NCBI GenBank assembly: GCA_038245555.1
Contig: JBBRSH010000006.1
Span: 7,151-71,150, forward strand
DNA: 64,000 nt
Source of the DNA: Pyrinomonadales bacterium
GTDB lineage: Bacteria; Acidobacteriota; Blastocatellia; Pyrinomonadales; Pyrinomonadaceae
Direction: 5' to 3'
In this document: positions 14,961 to 25,247 of the stretch, piece after piece
Numbering within the stretch: the first letter of the stretch is position 1
Layout of the letters: each line of letters begins with the position of its first letter
Notes under the pieces: generated by a model
The model's input: only the letters and a program-made list of their open reading frames with translations
Told to the model about the DNA's origin: nothing
Databases searched by the model: none
Made by a program: the position numbers and the translations under genes

Positions 14961-16223
14961 ATGAACAAACAACTATTTATCGATACTTGGCGAACGGTTT
15001 TGGACTCGATCCATAATCACAAATTGCGAGCGTCTTTAACGCTGACCGGCGTAATAATCGGAACGGCGGTCGTCGCCTTGGTCGGTGCGGTTCTCACGGG
15101 GCTGTCCCAACGCGTTCAGGAGGTTTCGGATAAAAACTCGCCAAACGTGATCTATTTTACAAAGGAAAATCGCATTGGCCCCTCGTTCGAAACGCCAACG
15201 GCTGAGGAGCGTCAACGAAAGGATTTTGAGCTTGCCGATGCGATCGCCGTGTCGGAACTCGGCTCAACTCAGGCGGTTTCGCCGCAAAAAATACGCGGCA
15301 GTTACGGCCCGTCCGCCGATATTCCAAAGGTCACCGCCCGTTCCCGCGAAGGGATAAACCCGCTTATCCTAGGCGTGTGGGAAAATTACCCCAATGTGAT
15401 CAACGTTTCGATCGAAAAAGGCCGGTTTTTCACCGAGGAAGAGCGGCGAGCCCGCGAGTCGGTTGCCGTTATTGGTTCGGGCATCGCAAATCAGATCTTT
15501 CAGGAAAATGACGCTGTCGGCGAAAAGATAAAGATCGACGGAAAGCTCTTCAGAGTAATTGGAGTCTTAAACAAAGCAACCGGCGAAGGAGTGATCGGGA
15601 GCGACGAACTTGTTGAACGGACGATATATATCCCGTTTGAAACGGCCGATAAGTTCTATCCGGGGATCGAAGAAACTCTTATCACGGTACGGGCACCGAG
15701 TGGAAAAGTCGACGAAGTAACTGAGGACGTTACAAACTTGCTGCGCAAAAGACGTGGTTTATCGGCGGGACAAGACAATAATTTCGGCGTAAACCGGTCA
15801 GAGCAGGTCTTTACCCTCGTAAATGATGTCATCAACGGCCTCGGCGTGATCATTGTGCCGATCGCTCTGGCGAGTCTTTTCGTTGGTGGAGTCGGCGTAA
15901 TGAACATTATGCTCGTTTCGGTCAAAGAACGAACAGGAGAGATCGGGATCCGTCGAGCACTCGGGGCGACGCAAACGGCGATACTAACCCAATTCCTGCT
16001 TGAGGCAATGACACTGACCGGACTCGGTGGCATCATAGGCATCTCTACCGGTTTGCTTATGGCTTTTGCCGTCCGGAATATCATCAGCTTTCCCGCCGCC
16101 GTGCCATTTTGGGCAATTCTCGCCGGATTTGGAGCCTCAGTATTGGTAGGTTTGGTCGCCGGAGTATATCCGGCCATCAGAGCGTCAAGGCTCGACCCGG
16201 TCGAGGCAATGCGTAGCAACTAG
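14961..16223 (+). CDS. ABC transporter permease, MacB/FtsX family (second copy)
   Basis: 420 aa. ERTGEIGIRRALGATQTAILTQFLLEA..PAIRASRLDPVEAMRSN. No ATPase gene is adjacent. Confidence 0.9.
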   Translation: MNKQLFIDTWRTVLDSIHNHKLRASLTLTGVIIGTAVVALVGAVLTGLSQRVQEVSDKNSPNVIYFTKENRIGPSFETPTAEERQRKDFELADAIAVSELGSTQAVSPQKIRGSYGPSADIPKVTARSREGINPLILGVWENYPNVINVSIEKGRFFTEEERRARESVAVIGSGIANQIFQENDAVGEKIKIDGKLFRVIGVLNKATGEGVIGSDELVERTIYIPFETADKFYPGIEETLITVRAPSGKVDEVTEDVTNLLRKRRGLSAGQDNNFGVNRSEQVFTLVNDVINGLGVIIVPIALASLFVGGVGVMNIMLVSVKERTGEIGIRRALGATQTAILTQFLLEAMTLTGLGGIIGISTGLLMAFAVRNIISFPAAVPFWAILAGFGASVLVGLVAGVYPAIRASRLDPVEAMRSN

Positions 16224-16235
16224 ATCGCGATCATT

Positions 16236-17555
16236 TTAGTAGGACGACCAGTTCCGTTGGTTGGAATCAGAGCTTAGCTCGGGGCTCTTATAGATCTCGG
16301 TGCCCGAGACTATTGTCAATAGATTGTCGCAGGCGCTTGAGGAAAAGACGAGGGCGGCGTGAATGTTATTGACCGGCTGTTGGGCGCGATTGCCGAGCGA
16401 GAAAACCGCAATGTCGGCCTGTTTGCCGGGTTCGAGCGAGCCCACAAGCGCGTCCAGGCCGAGGGCTTTGGCTCCGCCGAGAGTGGCGGTTTTCAGAACC
16501 TCATCTGCGGCGATGAACCTTGATGAGCCCTCGCGGTTTCTTGCGGCGAGAGAGGCAAAACGCGATTCTTCTAAAATGTCGCAGAGGTTATTGCTCGCCA
16601 CCGAATCGCTGCCGAGACCGACGGCGATCCCCGCATCCAAAAATTGTTCGAACGGAGCGAAGCCGTGGCCGAATTTAGCGTTTGACTTCGGGCAGTGGGC
16701 GATCGTTGCGCCGTATGAGGAGATCCTTTGGATATCTTCGTCGGTCGATTTGGTGCAATGAGTGAGCAGCGGCCGGGCGGAGAGAACGCCGAGACGTTCG
16801 AGGTACGCGATCGGTGTACAATGCGGACTCGACCATTCGACGTCAAATTTCTCGTAAACGTCGGTAAAAAATCCGGTCCCGTGCTGCAGCAGTTCTAGTT
16901 CCTGATCCGATTCGGCGGCGTGGATCGTCAGCGGCAAGCGGTTGATGATCGCGTATTCGGCGATCAGTTCGAAAAGCCGTGAGCTTACTGTATATGGCGA
17001 ATGCGGAGATAGGCCAACCCTCACGAGATCAGTCGCCGAGGCGTGAAGGCTTTCGAATTTGGCGGCTAGTTTGACGAAGTCTTCGTCCGCGGTGCGATTG
17101 TCTGGGGAAAATTCCGTTTCCTGAAAGACTATGCCGCGTAAACCGACTTCTTTTAAGGCCTCGACACCGGCGACTCCGAAACGCCCGATATCACCCATAC
17201 AGGTGACACCGGCAGCCGCGGCTTCGCGAGCACCGGAGATTGCGGCTGTGCGGATGTCGTCGTCGGTGAGGGCGGCACGGAGACCATTGAGTTTGAGCAG
17301 CCAGGAGCGAAAATCGTGCTCGACATCGTCCAAGGCACCACGCATCGACGTGATCTCAAGGTGCGAATGACAATTTACGAGGCCGGGGATGATCGCCGCA
17401 TTGCCAAAGTCACGTGATTCGGAATCAGGAAATCTCTCAGCGATCTCCCTACGAGTACCGACGGCCGTGATGACGTCACCGTCTATCGCGACAGCTCCGT
17501 CGCGGATCGGTTCGGACGAGATCGGCAGGACGTGATCGGCAAAAAGGAGTTTCAT
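16236..17555 (-). CDS. amidohydrolase-superfamily protein (chlorohydrolase / nucleoside-deaminase-like)
   Basis: 439 aa. PGLVNCHSHLE metal-binding motif, later HAAES and GLGSDS. ATGA start/stop overlap with the upstream gene at 17552-17555. Confidence 0.85.
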   Translation of the reverse strand: MKLLFADHVLPISSEPIRDGAVAIDGDVITAVGTRREIAERFPDSESRDFGNAAIIPGLVNCHSHLEITSMRGALDDVEHDFRSWLLKLNGLRAALTDDDIRTAAISGAREAAAAGVTCMGDIGRFGVAGVEALKEVGLRGIVFQETEFSPDNRTADEDFVKLAAKFESLHASATDLVRVGLSPHSPYTVSSRLFELIAEYAIINRLPLTIHAAESDQELELLQHGTGFFTDVYEKFDVEWSSPHCTPIAYLERLGVLSARPLLTHCTKSTDEDIQRISSYGATIAHCPKSNAKFGHGFAPFEQFLDAGIAVGLGSDSVASNNLCDILEESRFASLAARNREGSSRFIAADEVLKTATLGGAKALGLDALVGSLEPGKQADIAVFSLGNRAQQPVNNIHAALVFSSSACDNLLTIVSGTEIYKSPELSSDSNQRNWSSY

Positions 17556-18130
17556 TCGGCCTTTGGCTTTTGTTGGTTTCGATACCTTTCCAGTATCGAC
17601 ATTACGTAGGCACGGGTGGACGGAATCGAAATACGGGTAACAAAATCGGCCTCGGACAAAGTTGCCGCGTTGGCATCACGTGTCCATTCCTCAACCCGGC
17701 TCGGGCCAGCGTTGTAAGCGGCAAGCATCATCGCGGTTTCGGCAAGCCTGCCACGATATGGCTCACGCAGCTTTTCCAGATACCAGCATCCGACCTGTAT
17801 GTTGCGTTCCGGGTCCGAGAGAACGGTTTTGATGTTGTCGGCAGCTTGTTTTTCGATCTCTTTTAGGCCGGTTTCGCGTGCCCATTCCCGGGCGACCACG
17901 GGCGTAACCTGCATCAGGCCGACTTCATCGGCCGCACCGATCTTCCAGGCTCTAAAATAAGTTTCCTGGTAGATCAGACTCCACACCAGCTTTTCATCTA
18001 GTCGATATACGCGGGCGTGACGAGCGATCAATTCGTCGTAGCGGTGAACCCAATAATCGGGGAAAAAAAGCGCTGCCGAGGTAACCGCGACGATCAAAAC
18101 AAAAGTTATAGCGCTGAGGTAGCGAAACAT
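17552..18130 (-). CDS. lytic transglycosylase (SLT domain), membrane-anchored
   Basis: 192 aa. N-terminal TM helix. YQETYFRAWKIGAADEVGLMQVTP and AAYNAGPSRV are SLT motifs. Confidence 0.85.
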   Translation of the reverse strand: MFRYLSAITFVLIVAVTSAALFFPDYWVHRYDELIARHARVYRLDEKLVWSLIYQETYFRAWKIGAADEVGLMQVTPVVAREWARETGLKEIEKQAADNIKTVLSDPERNIQVGCWYLEKLREPYRGRLAETAMMLAAYNAGPSRVEEWTRDANAATLSEADFVTRISIPSTRAYVMSILERYRNQQKPKAE

Positions 18131-18237
18131 CTCAATCGAGTTTCAGGCCGGACCAAGGAGCCTCCAGACAAGCCGTTCCGGTTAGTTCGTTGTTGCGTTA
18201 TTTAATCAGTTTGGGTTGGTATTGACAAGAACAGTTA

Positions 18238-18459
18238 TCAACTACGCACGGTGCTGTTGCTTCGCCCTAAGGGATCAGACTCTGCTCCGCTCTTCTTGAT
18301 CGACCTCGGATTTGTCAGTTTCTTTCGACGCTTTGCGTGTGCACCAGATTCTCCTGTCCGGGCAAGCTCCGCAAACAGGTCAACGTCATAGTCGGCCTCG
18401 TGAGCCATCTCCTCTCTGATCTCCAGCAGAAGTTCTACAAATTTCGCTCGTCGGTACAT
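18238..18459 (-). CDS. small hypothetical protein (possibly non-coding)
   Basis: 73 aa. Helical acidic N-terminus and basic tail. It is only an ORF in an otherwise 520-bp gap. Confidence 0.3.
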   Translation of the reverse strand: MYRRAKFVELLLEIREEMAHEADYDVDLFAELARTGESGAHAKRRKKLTNPRSIKKSGAESDPLGRSNSTVRS

Positions 18460-18650
18460 AGTTTTCGCGGTAGCCGGAGATTTGAGTTTACCAGATGCGG
18501 AAAGGATAGATCATTGCCGGCAATCAGAGGCTCGCCGCAAATTCGCAATGAAACCGTCATTCCGGACTAAGAATGGTTGGGATAATCGGGGACGATCGAG
18601 ACGCTCCAATAGGTGCACCTAAAAAATACGTCGATAGGTATCGCGCTGGC

Positions 18651-21044
18651 TCAGGCTTTCTGCGAGAGCTCTTTTTCGATCTCGTTTATCTGTGTGGCTT
18701 TAAACGCAAGCCTCTCACCATCGCAGAAAACCTCGACCATGCTTTTTTCCTGAACTTCGCCCTGGATCAGCGATTCGGAAAGCTCATCTTCGATATGTCT
18801 CTGAAGCGCCCGCTTTAGCGGACGAGCCCCGTACTTGCGGTCAACACAGGTTTTCTGGATCAGCCACGATTTGGCCTCATCCGACAGCATAATGGTCATT
18901 TCGCGGACCTTGAGGATGTCGTTAAGTTTGGCTATCTGTAGATCGACGATGTTATGAAGGTCCAGATCGTTGAGCTCGTCAAAAATTACGATCTCGTCGA
19001 GACGGTTGATAAACTCGGGAGCAAATGTTTGCTTGACCGTCGCCATTACCTGCTCTTCCATCTTCTCTCTCGACGAGTCAACACTTCCCTGAAAACCAAG
19101 AGTCGCATTTTTCTGAATGATACGTGCCCCGAGATTGGAGGTCATGATAAATATCGCGTGTTTACAATCAACCACTTGGCCGAGTGAGTCCGTTAAAACT
19201 CCGTCCTCAAAGACTTGCAAAAGCAAGTTTACAAGATCGGGATGAGCTTTTTCGATCTCGTCGAAAAGCACAACGGCATACGGCGAGCGACGCAGTTTTT
19301 CCGTCAGCTGGCCTCCTTCTTCATGGCCGACATATCCTGGAGGGGCTCCGATGAATTTCGACACCGAATGTTTTTCCATGAACTCGCTCATGTCGAACCG
19401 GATCAGTGATTGCTCAGAACCAAATAGGAACTCGGCAATGCTGCGAGCGACCTCGGTCTTGCCAACACCGGTCGGCCCGAGAAAAAGAAAGGAACCGACT
19501 GGACGGCTGGGATTCTTTAGCCCGGCTCGCGAACGTCGAATAGCCCGCGCCAGAGCAGAAATTGCCGGCCGCTGCGAAACGATCCGTTCATGAAGGGCCG
19601 TTTCGATATTGAGTAATTTCTGGGCCTCACCGAGTTTGATGGAGGAGACGGGAATGCCCGTCCACCGCGAGATCACGTCTTCCACGTCATCACGAGTCAC
19701 CTCAACGGCATAAAATGAATCTTCGAGTGAACGCAATTCGTACGAGATCAACTGATCTTCGTTAGCAGCAGCGCGTTTCCAATTTTCAACGGTTTCTTTC
19801 CACGAAGACTCGCCGCGATTTTCCTGCTGGTAACGCAGCTTTGCCCGAGCACCCGCCTCGTCGAGCACATCGATCGCTTTGTCGGGCAAGAACCGGTCAG
19901 AAATATAGCGGTTCGATTGCCGAACCGCCGTTTCGAGAGCCTCTTTTGTATAGCGGATCTGATGAAACGCCTCGTATCGTTCTACAATACCCTCGATGAT
20001 AATAAGGGCCTCGGCTTCGCTCGCCGGATCAACCTTGACCGCCTGAAATCTGCGTTCGAGAGCACGATCCTTTTCGATAGTTTTGCGATATTCGCCGGGT
20101 GTCGTTGCTCCGATGCATTGAATCTCACCGCGTGAAAGGGCCGGCTTAAGAATGTTTGCTGCATCAAGTGTGCCCTCGGCTGACCCCGCACCGACGAGCG
20201 TATGAAGTTCGTCGATAAATACGATATTTTCAGGGTTTTCCTTCAGCTCGGCCATGATCTTCTTGAGCCGCTCTTCGAACTGGCCTCGATATTTGGTGCC
20301 GGCAACGATGAGCGACAAGTCTAGCGACAACAGCCGTTTATTTTCAAGAAAAGTGGGTACGTTTCGCTCGACGATACGCTGCGCGAGGCCCTCAATGATC
20401 GCTGTCTTTCCAACGCCCGATTCGCCGATCAGCACGGGGTTATTCTTTGTCCGGCGGCACAGGATCTCGACCAAACGCTCGATCTCTAGTTCGCGCCCGA
20501 TCAACGGGTCCAGAACGCCTTCCTGTGCCTCAGCCGTCAGGTCACGGGTAAATTCGGTCAGGCTCGGTGTCTTTGCGTTCTCCTTGCTCGGCATCGACAA
20601 CATTGGGGACGTGTTTTGCCGCATTACCTCATCCCGAACGTCCTGAAGCCGCAAGCCGTAGCCAAACAGGATCTCGGCAGCAACCGACTTTTCTTCCCTC
20701 ACAAGACCTAGAAGAAGGTGCTCAGGCCCTATGTGGCGATTTTTGGCCTGACGGCTTTCTTCGTTTGCGTAAAATAGTATGCGTTTTGTAACGGGGGAAA
20801 GGTGAAGCTCCGCAGATTGGGGAATGCGGTCGCGAAGTACGATCCGTTCTTCGACGTCGCGGCGGATCGTTTCGACCGTCATCGAATGGCGCAGCGGAAA
20901 ATATCGTACTGCAATCGTCTTATCCTCTCGCATCAGCCCGAGAAGAATATGCTCAGGCGCAATTACGGGAGAACCGTACTGGAGTGCTTCATAGCGTGCG
21001 AAGAAGATCACCCGACGGGACCTTTCCGTATAGCGTTCGAACAT
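18651..21044 (-). CDS. clpC: ATP-dependent Clp protease ATP-binding subunit ClpC-type (class I AAA+ with two NBDs)
   Basis: Start placed at MFERYTERSRRVIFFARYEA (canonical Clp_N start; the track start 21074 is a TTG 10 codons upstream). Two Clp_N repeats. Walker A motifs GESGVGKT and GPTGVGKT. Also HTLVGAG and RPEFINRLDE. Confidence 0.9.
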   Translation of the reverse strand: MFERYTERSRRVIFFARYEALQYGSPVIAPEHILLGLMREDKTIAVRYFPLRHSMTVETIRRDVEERIVLRDRIPQSAELHLSPVTKRILFYANEESRQAKNRHIGPEHLLLGLVREEKSVAAEILFGYGLRLQDVRDEVMRQNTSPMLSMPSKENAKTPSLTEFTRDLTAEAQEGVLDPLIGRELEIERLVEILCRRTKNNPVLIGESGVGKTAIIEGLAQRIVERNVPTFLENKRLLSLDLSLIVAGTKYRGQFEERLKKIMAELKENPENIVFIDELHTLVGAGSAEGTLDAANILKPALSRGEIQCIGATTPGEYRKTIEKDRALERRFQAVKVDPASEAEALIIIEGIVERYEAFHQIRYTKEALETAVRQSNRYISDRFLPDKAIDVLDEAGARAKLRYQQENRGESSWKETVENWKRAAANEDQLISYELRSLEDSFYAVEVTRDDVEDVISRWTGIPVSSIKLGEAQKLLNIETALHERIVSQRPAISALARAIRRSRAGLKNPSRPVGSFLFLGPTGVGKTEVARSIAEFLFGSEQSLIRFDMSEFMEKHSVSKFIGAPPGYVGHEEGGQLTEKLRRSPYAVVLFDEIEKAHPDLVNLLLQVFEDGVLTDSLGQVVDCKHAIFIMTSNLGARIIQKNATLGFQGSVDSSREKMEEQVMATVKQTFAPEFINRLDEIVIFDELNDLDLHNIVDLQIAKLNDILKVREMTIMLSDEAKSWLIQKTCVDRKYGARPLKRALQRHIEDELSESLIQGEVQEKSMVEVFCDGERLAFKATQINEIEKELSQKA

Positions 21045-21239
21045 AAAATTCAAATCAACGGCGTTGGTAAACAAATGTTATTATACCCAAAAGCCGAAGG
21101 TACACGTTAAATTTCCAAGTTTTTCTTAAGAGCTTCAGGGAAAATATAGTCTTAAAGCTCGGCATTATCCAGAAGATCTGAGAAAAAGTAAAGAAATATT
21201 CGACGGTTTGAATTTAGTTTCCAATAACGGCGCACTTGA

Positions 21240-21767
21240 TTAATTCGGCATAGCCGAATGAGAGTCGATCTCACCGTCGTGCTGTGAGATCTCGCGAACG
21301 ACGGCTCCACCTTTTTGGGTAATCCCGGTCAGGATCTTGCCCGCAGGTGCGAGTTCAACGCGTGCGGTAATTATACGGGAGACGCGCTTCGGCAAAAACT
21401 TCGGTGCGATACCAGCGATCGAATCGGCAAGTGCGACTATATCGCCTCCGCCTGACCAATGCTCTCGGACGACCGATTCATCGGTCCGATTTACGAGTCG
21501 CAGTAAAACCAGGGCGACTACGTAAAGGTCGTCAACCTGTCCGATAAAAGGAAAAACGTCCGGAATGAAATCGAGCGGAGAGATCACATATATGATCGCA
21601 GCCGCAAAGAGAGCTTTCTCCGCGGTCGGAACTCGAATGTCTTTCAAGAGGCGTCCGAGGAGCAGGACCATATTCGGGAGAAACATCAAAAAGGAAACCA
21701 TGCGGCCTTTTAGCTCCGACTTCTCGCGGCGTTTCAGTTTTATTTTCGGCTCACTGTTTTTGCTCAT
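21240..21767 (-). CDS. YkvA/DUF1232-family membrane protein
   Basis: ISPLDFIPDVFPFIGQVDDLYVVALVL is the DUF1232 signature. Confidence 0.75.
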   Translation of the reverse strand: MSKNSEPKIKLKRREKSELKGRMVSFLMFLPNMVLLLGRLLKDIRVPTAEKALFAAAIIYVISPLDFIPDVFPFIGQVDDLYVVALVLLRLVNRTDESVVREHWSGGGDIVALADSIAGIAPKFLPKRVSRIITARVELAPAGKILTGITQKGGAVVREISQHDGEIDSHSAMPN

Positions 21768-21868
21768 ATACTATTCCTTAACGGGTGTTCCTTCAGTCTA
21801 AAAACAACCTGAGCTTTGTGCAAGTTTTGATTGATTTAGTTGTATGGTAAATTCGACGTGTCAAGCCT

Positions 21869-22876
21869 ATGATCCTCAAGCAAATCCGTGATCGCGCGGC
21901 GTCCGATCCCAAACATATTATCCTGCCCGAGGGCGAGGACGTTCGAATCGTTCAGGCTGCCGCGATCTGTTCGCGGGACGGCATCGCCAGGATCACGATC
22001 ATCGGCAATGAGGAAAAGGTCCGGTCGGTTGCCGATCAAGCCGGAGCCAACCTGAACGGGGTCGAGATTCTGGACCATCGCAGAGACCATGCCGCCGTCG
22101 GCAAAATGGCCGAGCTATATCATCAACTGCGGCGTGCCAAGGGCACCACGCTTGAGGAAGCCGAGCAGACTGTTAAAGATCCGCTCTATTTCGGTAACTT
22201 GCTGGTTCGCGAGGGCAAAGCCGACGGTTCGGTAGCGGGTGCAACCAACACGACGGCCCACACCGTCGCTGCGGCCCTTCGCTGTATCGGCGTTCGGGCT
22301 GGATTCAAGACCGTGTCGAGTTTTTTCCTGATGGTGGTGCCTGACCGAAAATTTGGAGCCAACGGCGCAATGATCTACGCCGACTGCGGAGTTGTCATCG
22401 ATCCTGATGCGGGTGAACTTGCCGAGATCGCGATGGCTTCGGCCGATTCGTGTCGTGCTCTGCTCCAGGTCGAGCCACGCGTCGCGATGCTTTCGTTCTC
22501 GACAAAGGGGAGTGCCAAACACCAACTGATCGATAAGGTCGTGGAAGCAACCAAAACAGTCCGGGTACGAATGCCCGATCTGGCTATTGACGGAGAACTT
22601 CAGGCCGACGCCGCTCTAGTCGAATCGGTTGCCTTGTCAAAAGCTCCCGGGTCTCCCGTGGGCGGCCGTGCAAATGTCCTCATATTTCCCGACCTAAACG
22701 CCGGCAATATCGCCTACAAACTAACCGAACGCCTAACCGGCGGCACCGCGATCGGCCCGATCCTCCAAGGCCTCGACTGCCCCTGCAACGACCTCTCCCG
22801 CGGCTGCAAAGCCGAAGATATTGTCGACGCTGTTGCTATAACTGCGGTACAGTCGCAATCGAGACAGCACAGATAA
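21869..22876 (+). CDS. pta: phosphate acetyltransferase
   Basis: 335 aa. [36 protein letters not shown]-like YADCGV and [14 protein letters not shown] are typical Pta blocks. Confidence 0.9.
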   Translation: MILKQIRDRAASDPKHIILPEGEDVRIVQAAAICSRDGIARITIIGNEEKVRSVADQAGANLNGVEILDHRRDHAAVGKMAELYHQLRRAKGTTLEEAEQTVKDPLYFGNLLVREGKADGSVAGATNTTAHTVAAALRCIGVRAGFKTVSSFFLMVVPDRKFGANGAMIYADCGVVIDPDAGELAEIAMASADSCRALLQVEPRVAMLSFSTKGSAKHQLIDKVVEATKTVRVRMPDLAIDGELQADAALVESVALSKAPGSPVGGRANVLIFPDLNAGNIAYKLTERLTGGTAIGPILQGLDCPCNDLSRGCKAEDIVDAVAITAVQSQSRQHR

Positions 22877-22892
22877 GGTGCCGGCCGAAAGG

Positions 22893-23720
22893 CTACATGC
22901 CCGCAAACTTTCTTGAGCAGCCAGAAGGCTTTCGTTTTTTAAGATCGTAGCATGCACCTGCTCTCAGTACATTTACGATCATTGTTCCGTCGTGGCCCTT
23001 GCCGTCAATGAACATCACCGAAGTCTTGCCGAGGACACGGAGGTCACGATTGTCCGTGATCATGACGGCGTTCGCCTCGTCAATGCCGACGCCGAGGTAA
23101 CGGGGGTTTTGAATGACATATCCGAAGAGCCGGTTGTGTCGTTGACGGATCAGGAAATGCTGGTCGAACATGACTTCCGGTACAGATCCTATCCCACCAC
23201 GCACGCCGACCTTAGCTCCGTCCAATATCTTAAGATCGGCCTCACCCGTCATCATCGGATCGGACAGGACGGCCGCACCGGCACTTGTACCTCCGATCGG
23301 TGTTCCGGCGGCGTACTTGGCGCGGATCATCTTTAAAAGCTCCTCGTCTTTGAGAACGTCCATTATGCGGTTTTGATCACCACCGCCAAAGTAAATGCCC
23401 GTTGCTTCTTTGATCTGGTTGACCAACTTGGTACGCTTCTCTGCATCGAGAGGTCGTGTTGCTGCGTGCTCGACCGACCCGGGACCTGCTTCCAAAAACG
23501 CCTTCTTGGTTCCTTCAAAACTCGAATCCTCTTCAGCTGTTGCCCAAGTGATCACGAGGATCTTTGACTTTGCTCCGCCGCTCCATTCGACAAATTTCTT
23601 AGTCGCCTCGGGTGCACGGAGGCCTCCGCCAACGACCATTAATCTCTGCTGGCCGACGGCCACCAAGGCCATAGCGGCAACCATAAACGCCGCAATTATT
23701 AGCTTCGATCGTAACGTCAT
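22893..23720 (-). CDS. cyanophycinase-like peptidase (S51 family)
   Basis: GIYFGGGDQNRI and PIGGTSAGAAVLSDPMMTG (serine nucleophile context). Start placed at MTLRSKLIIAAFMVAAMALVA (signal-like), which forms an ATGA overlap with the stop of the upstream gene. The track start is 23762. Confidence 0.85.
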   Translation of the reverse strand: MTLRSKLIIAAFMVAAMALVAVGQQRLMVVGGGLRAPEATKKFVEWSGGAKSKILVITWATAEEDSSFEGTKKAFLEAGPGSVEHAATRPLDAEKRTKLVNQIKEATGIYFGGGDQNRIMDVLKDEELLKMIRAKYAAGTPIGGTSAGAAVLSDPMMTGEADLKILDGAKVGVRGGIGSVPEVMFDQHFLIRQRHNRLFGYVIQNPRYLGVGIDEANAVMITDNRDLRVLGKTSVMFIDGKGHDGTMIVNVLRAGACYDLKKRKPSGCSRKFAGM

Positions 23721-24124
23721 CGCTCCTCCGGATCTTTCGTCTTGGCTGATGTGTTTTCCCATTTGATATATGAACTCATGCTGCTCTGTTTTAACAGATT
23801 GCCTCGCTTATCGTAAAAATCGTACATCCCTTCGTGGAAGTTCTGCTGGTCGACTCTAACGGCTCCAGGAACGAGCTCGGTTCTTCCATTCGGATATTTG
23901 ACGATCATCGCCGGTTCCGACGAGTACGACCCGAGACACTTCTGGCAGAGGCATTTGTCGAATTTCTCCTTCATCTCGGTCCTCGCGTCATCGGTCACCT
24001 TGACGTTCATACACCAGCACCCGGTGATCGTCGCGCCGCAGATGAATTCGTCGCCGCACGATTCGCAGACGGATGGCTCCTTATATTTTTCGGAAAATAG
24101 TCCAAGTGCTTTCTTCAATTTCAT
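23717..24124 (-). CDS. cysteine-rich CWC-domain protein with a C-terminal extension
   Basis: 135 aa. CESCGDEFICGATITGCWCMNVKV..CLCQKC is the CWC cysteine pattern. Confidence 0.7.
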   Translation of the reverse strand: MKLKKALGLFSEKYKEPSVCESCGDEFICGATITGCWCMNVKVTDDARTEMKEKFDKCLCQKCLGSYSSEPAMIVKYPNGRTELVPGAVRVDQQNFHEGMYDFYDKRGNLLKQSSMSSYIKWENTSAKTKDPEER

Positions 24125-24143
24125 AGATCATCCCAAAAACTTA

Positions 24144-25073
24144 TTAATATAGCTCTTTTTCACCTGGCGGCCTTGTTTTCCATCGCTTGTGTATCCATAT
24201 CCACTGGTCGGGATATTTTCGTATCGCTCGTTCGAGGGCCGCCGTGTAAAGGGCCGTTGTTTCCTCAATATCGCGTTTGCGGTCGCCGGTTTTGACCGGC
24301 TCGATAATTTCCTCACGATGATAAAAGTACTTCTTTTTCTCGTCGCTCCAATAGGCGAATGTCGGCACAACAACGGCGTTTGCTCGCGTCGCCAGCATCG
24401 CGACGCCGCTCGCGGTACAGGCCTGTATGCCGAAGAACGGAACGAAAACTCCCTCTTTTGGATGCGAATTGACGTCAGCGAGAACTCCGACATTGCCGCC
24501 TTTTCGCAGCAGTCTGATCATCGATCCCGCAACGTTAGTTTTGTCCATCTGGCGATTGCCGAGCCGCGTGCGGATATCAAAGATCATCTCCTCGATCTTT
24601 GGGTTATCTGCTTTTCGCGCAATAAAGTCGAACGGCTCGAAAACCGTCGGGTAGGCGAATGCACCTAGCTCCCAGTTGCCCATGTGGCCGCCGAGAATGA
24701 TCCGCCCGCGGCCATCGGACTTGGTCTTTTGATAAGCATCGTCAAACGCAGGGTTTGGCGTGTATTCGATCAATTCGCCGATCCGTCCGGCGTCCATGCG
24801 TGTAAATTGGCTGACGACGCCGAGAACACGGCCCATATTACCGAACGCACTTTTCAATATCGCTTCGCGCTCCTGCAGCGTGCTTTTCGGAAATGCAAGT
24901 TCGAGGTTCCGGAGGCCGACGCGACGCAAATGGCCGATCAGGTAGTACGCGGCGTGCCCCGTCGATACACCGAGTCTCATCGCCGCCCGACGCGGCAGCA
25001 GCGAGAATGTGCCGACGATCGCCTTCGCGATTAGGTACTCGAACCAGATCTGAGGTTTGCCTTTCTTTGCCAT
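24144..25073 (-). CDS. lysophospholipid / lipid A biosynthesis acyltransferase (LpxL/HtrB family)
   Basis: 309 aa. N-terminal membrane anchor. ILGGHMGNWELG (HX4-type acyltransferase motif) and VGVLADVN. Confidence 0.85.
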   Translation of the reverse strand: MAKKGKPQIWFEYLIAKAIVGTFSLLPRRAAMRLGVSTGHAAYYLIGHLRRVGLRNLELAFPKSTLQEREAILKSAFGNMGRVLGVVSQFTRMDAGRIGELIEYTPNPAFDDAYQKTKSDGRGRIILGGHMGNWELGAFAYPTVFEPFDFIARKADNPKIEEMIFDIRTRLGNRQMDKTNVAGSMIRLLRKGGNVGVLADVNSHPKEGVFVPFFGIQACTASGVAMLATRANAVVVPTFAYWSDEKKKYFYHREEIIEPVKTGDRKRDIEETTALYTAALERAIRKYPDQWIWIHKRWKTRPPGEKELY

Positions 25074-25247
25074 TTAGAAAATCGAATGCAATAGCTACTT
25101 TAGTTTTAAGGACCCGATTATTCAACGGCGTTTGACTCGATTTTAACTCTTACAAAACTCTTACAATCACAGTAATTAAAACCTGTTAGCCTTAAATCAA
25201 GGCGACATACAGCCGAAAGATTTTACGCTACAGAGGGTTAATAACAA

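Noticed and set aside
14087-16219. Long minus-strand ORFs (293 aa and 187 aa) opposite the MacB/FtsX permease genes
   Set aside because: They are antisense shadows of well-supported permease genes. They are Ser/Pro/Thr/Arg-rich with no domain features.
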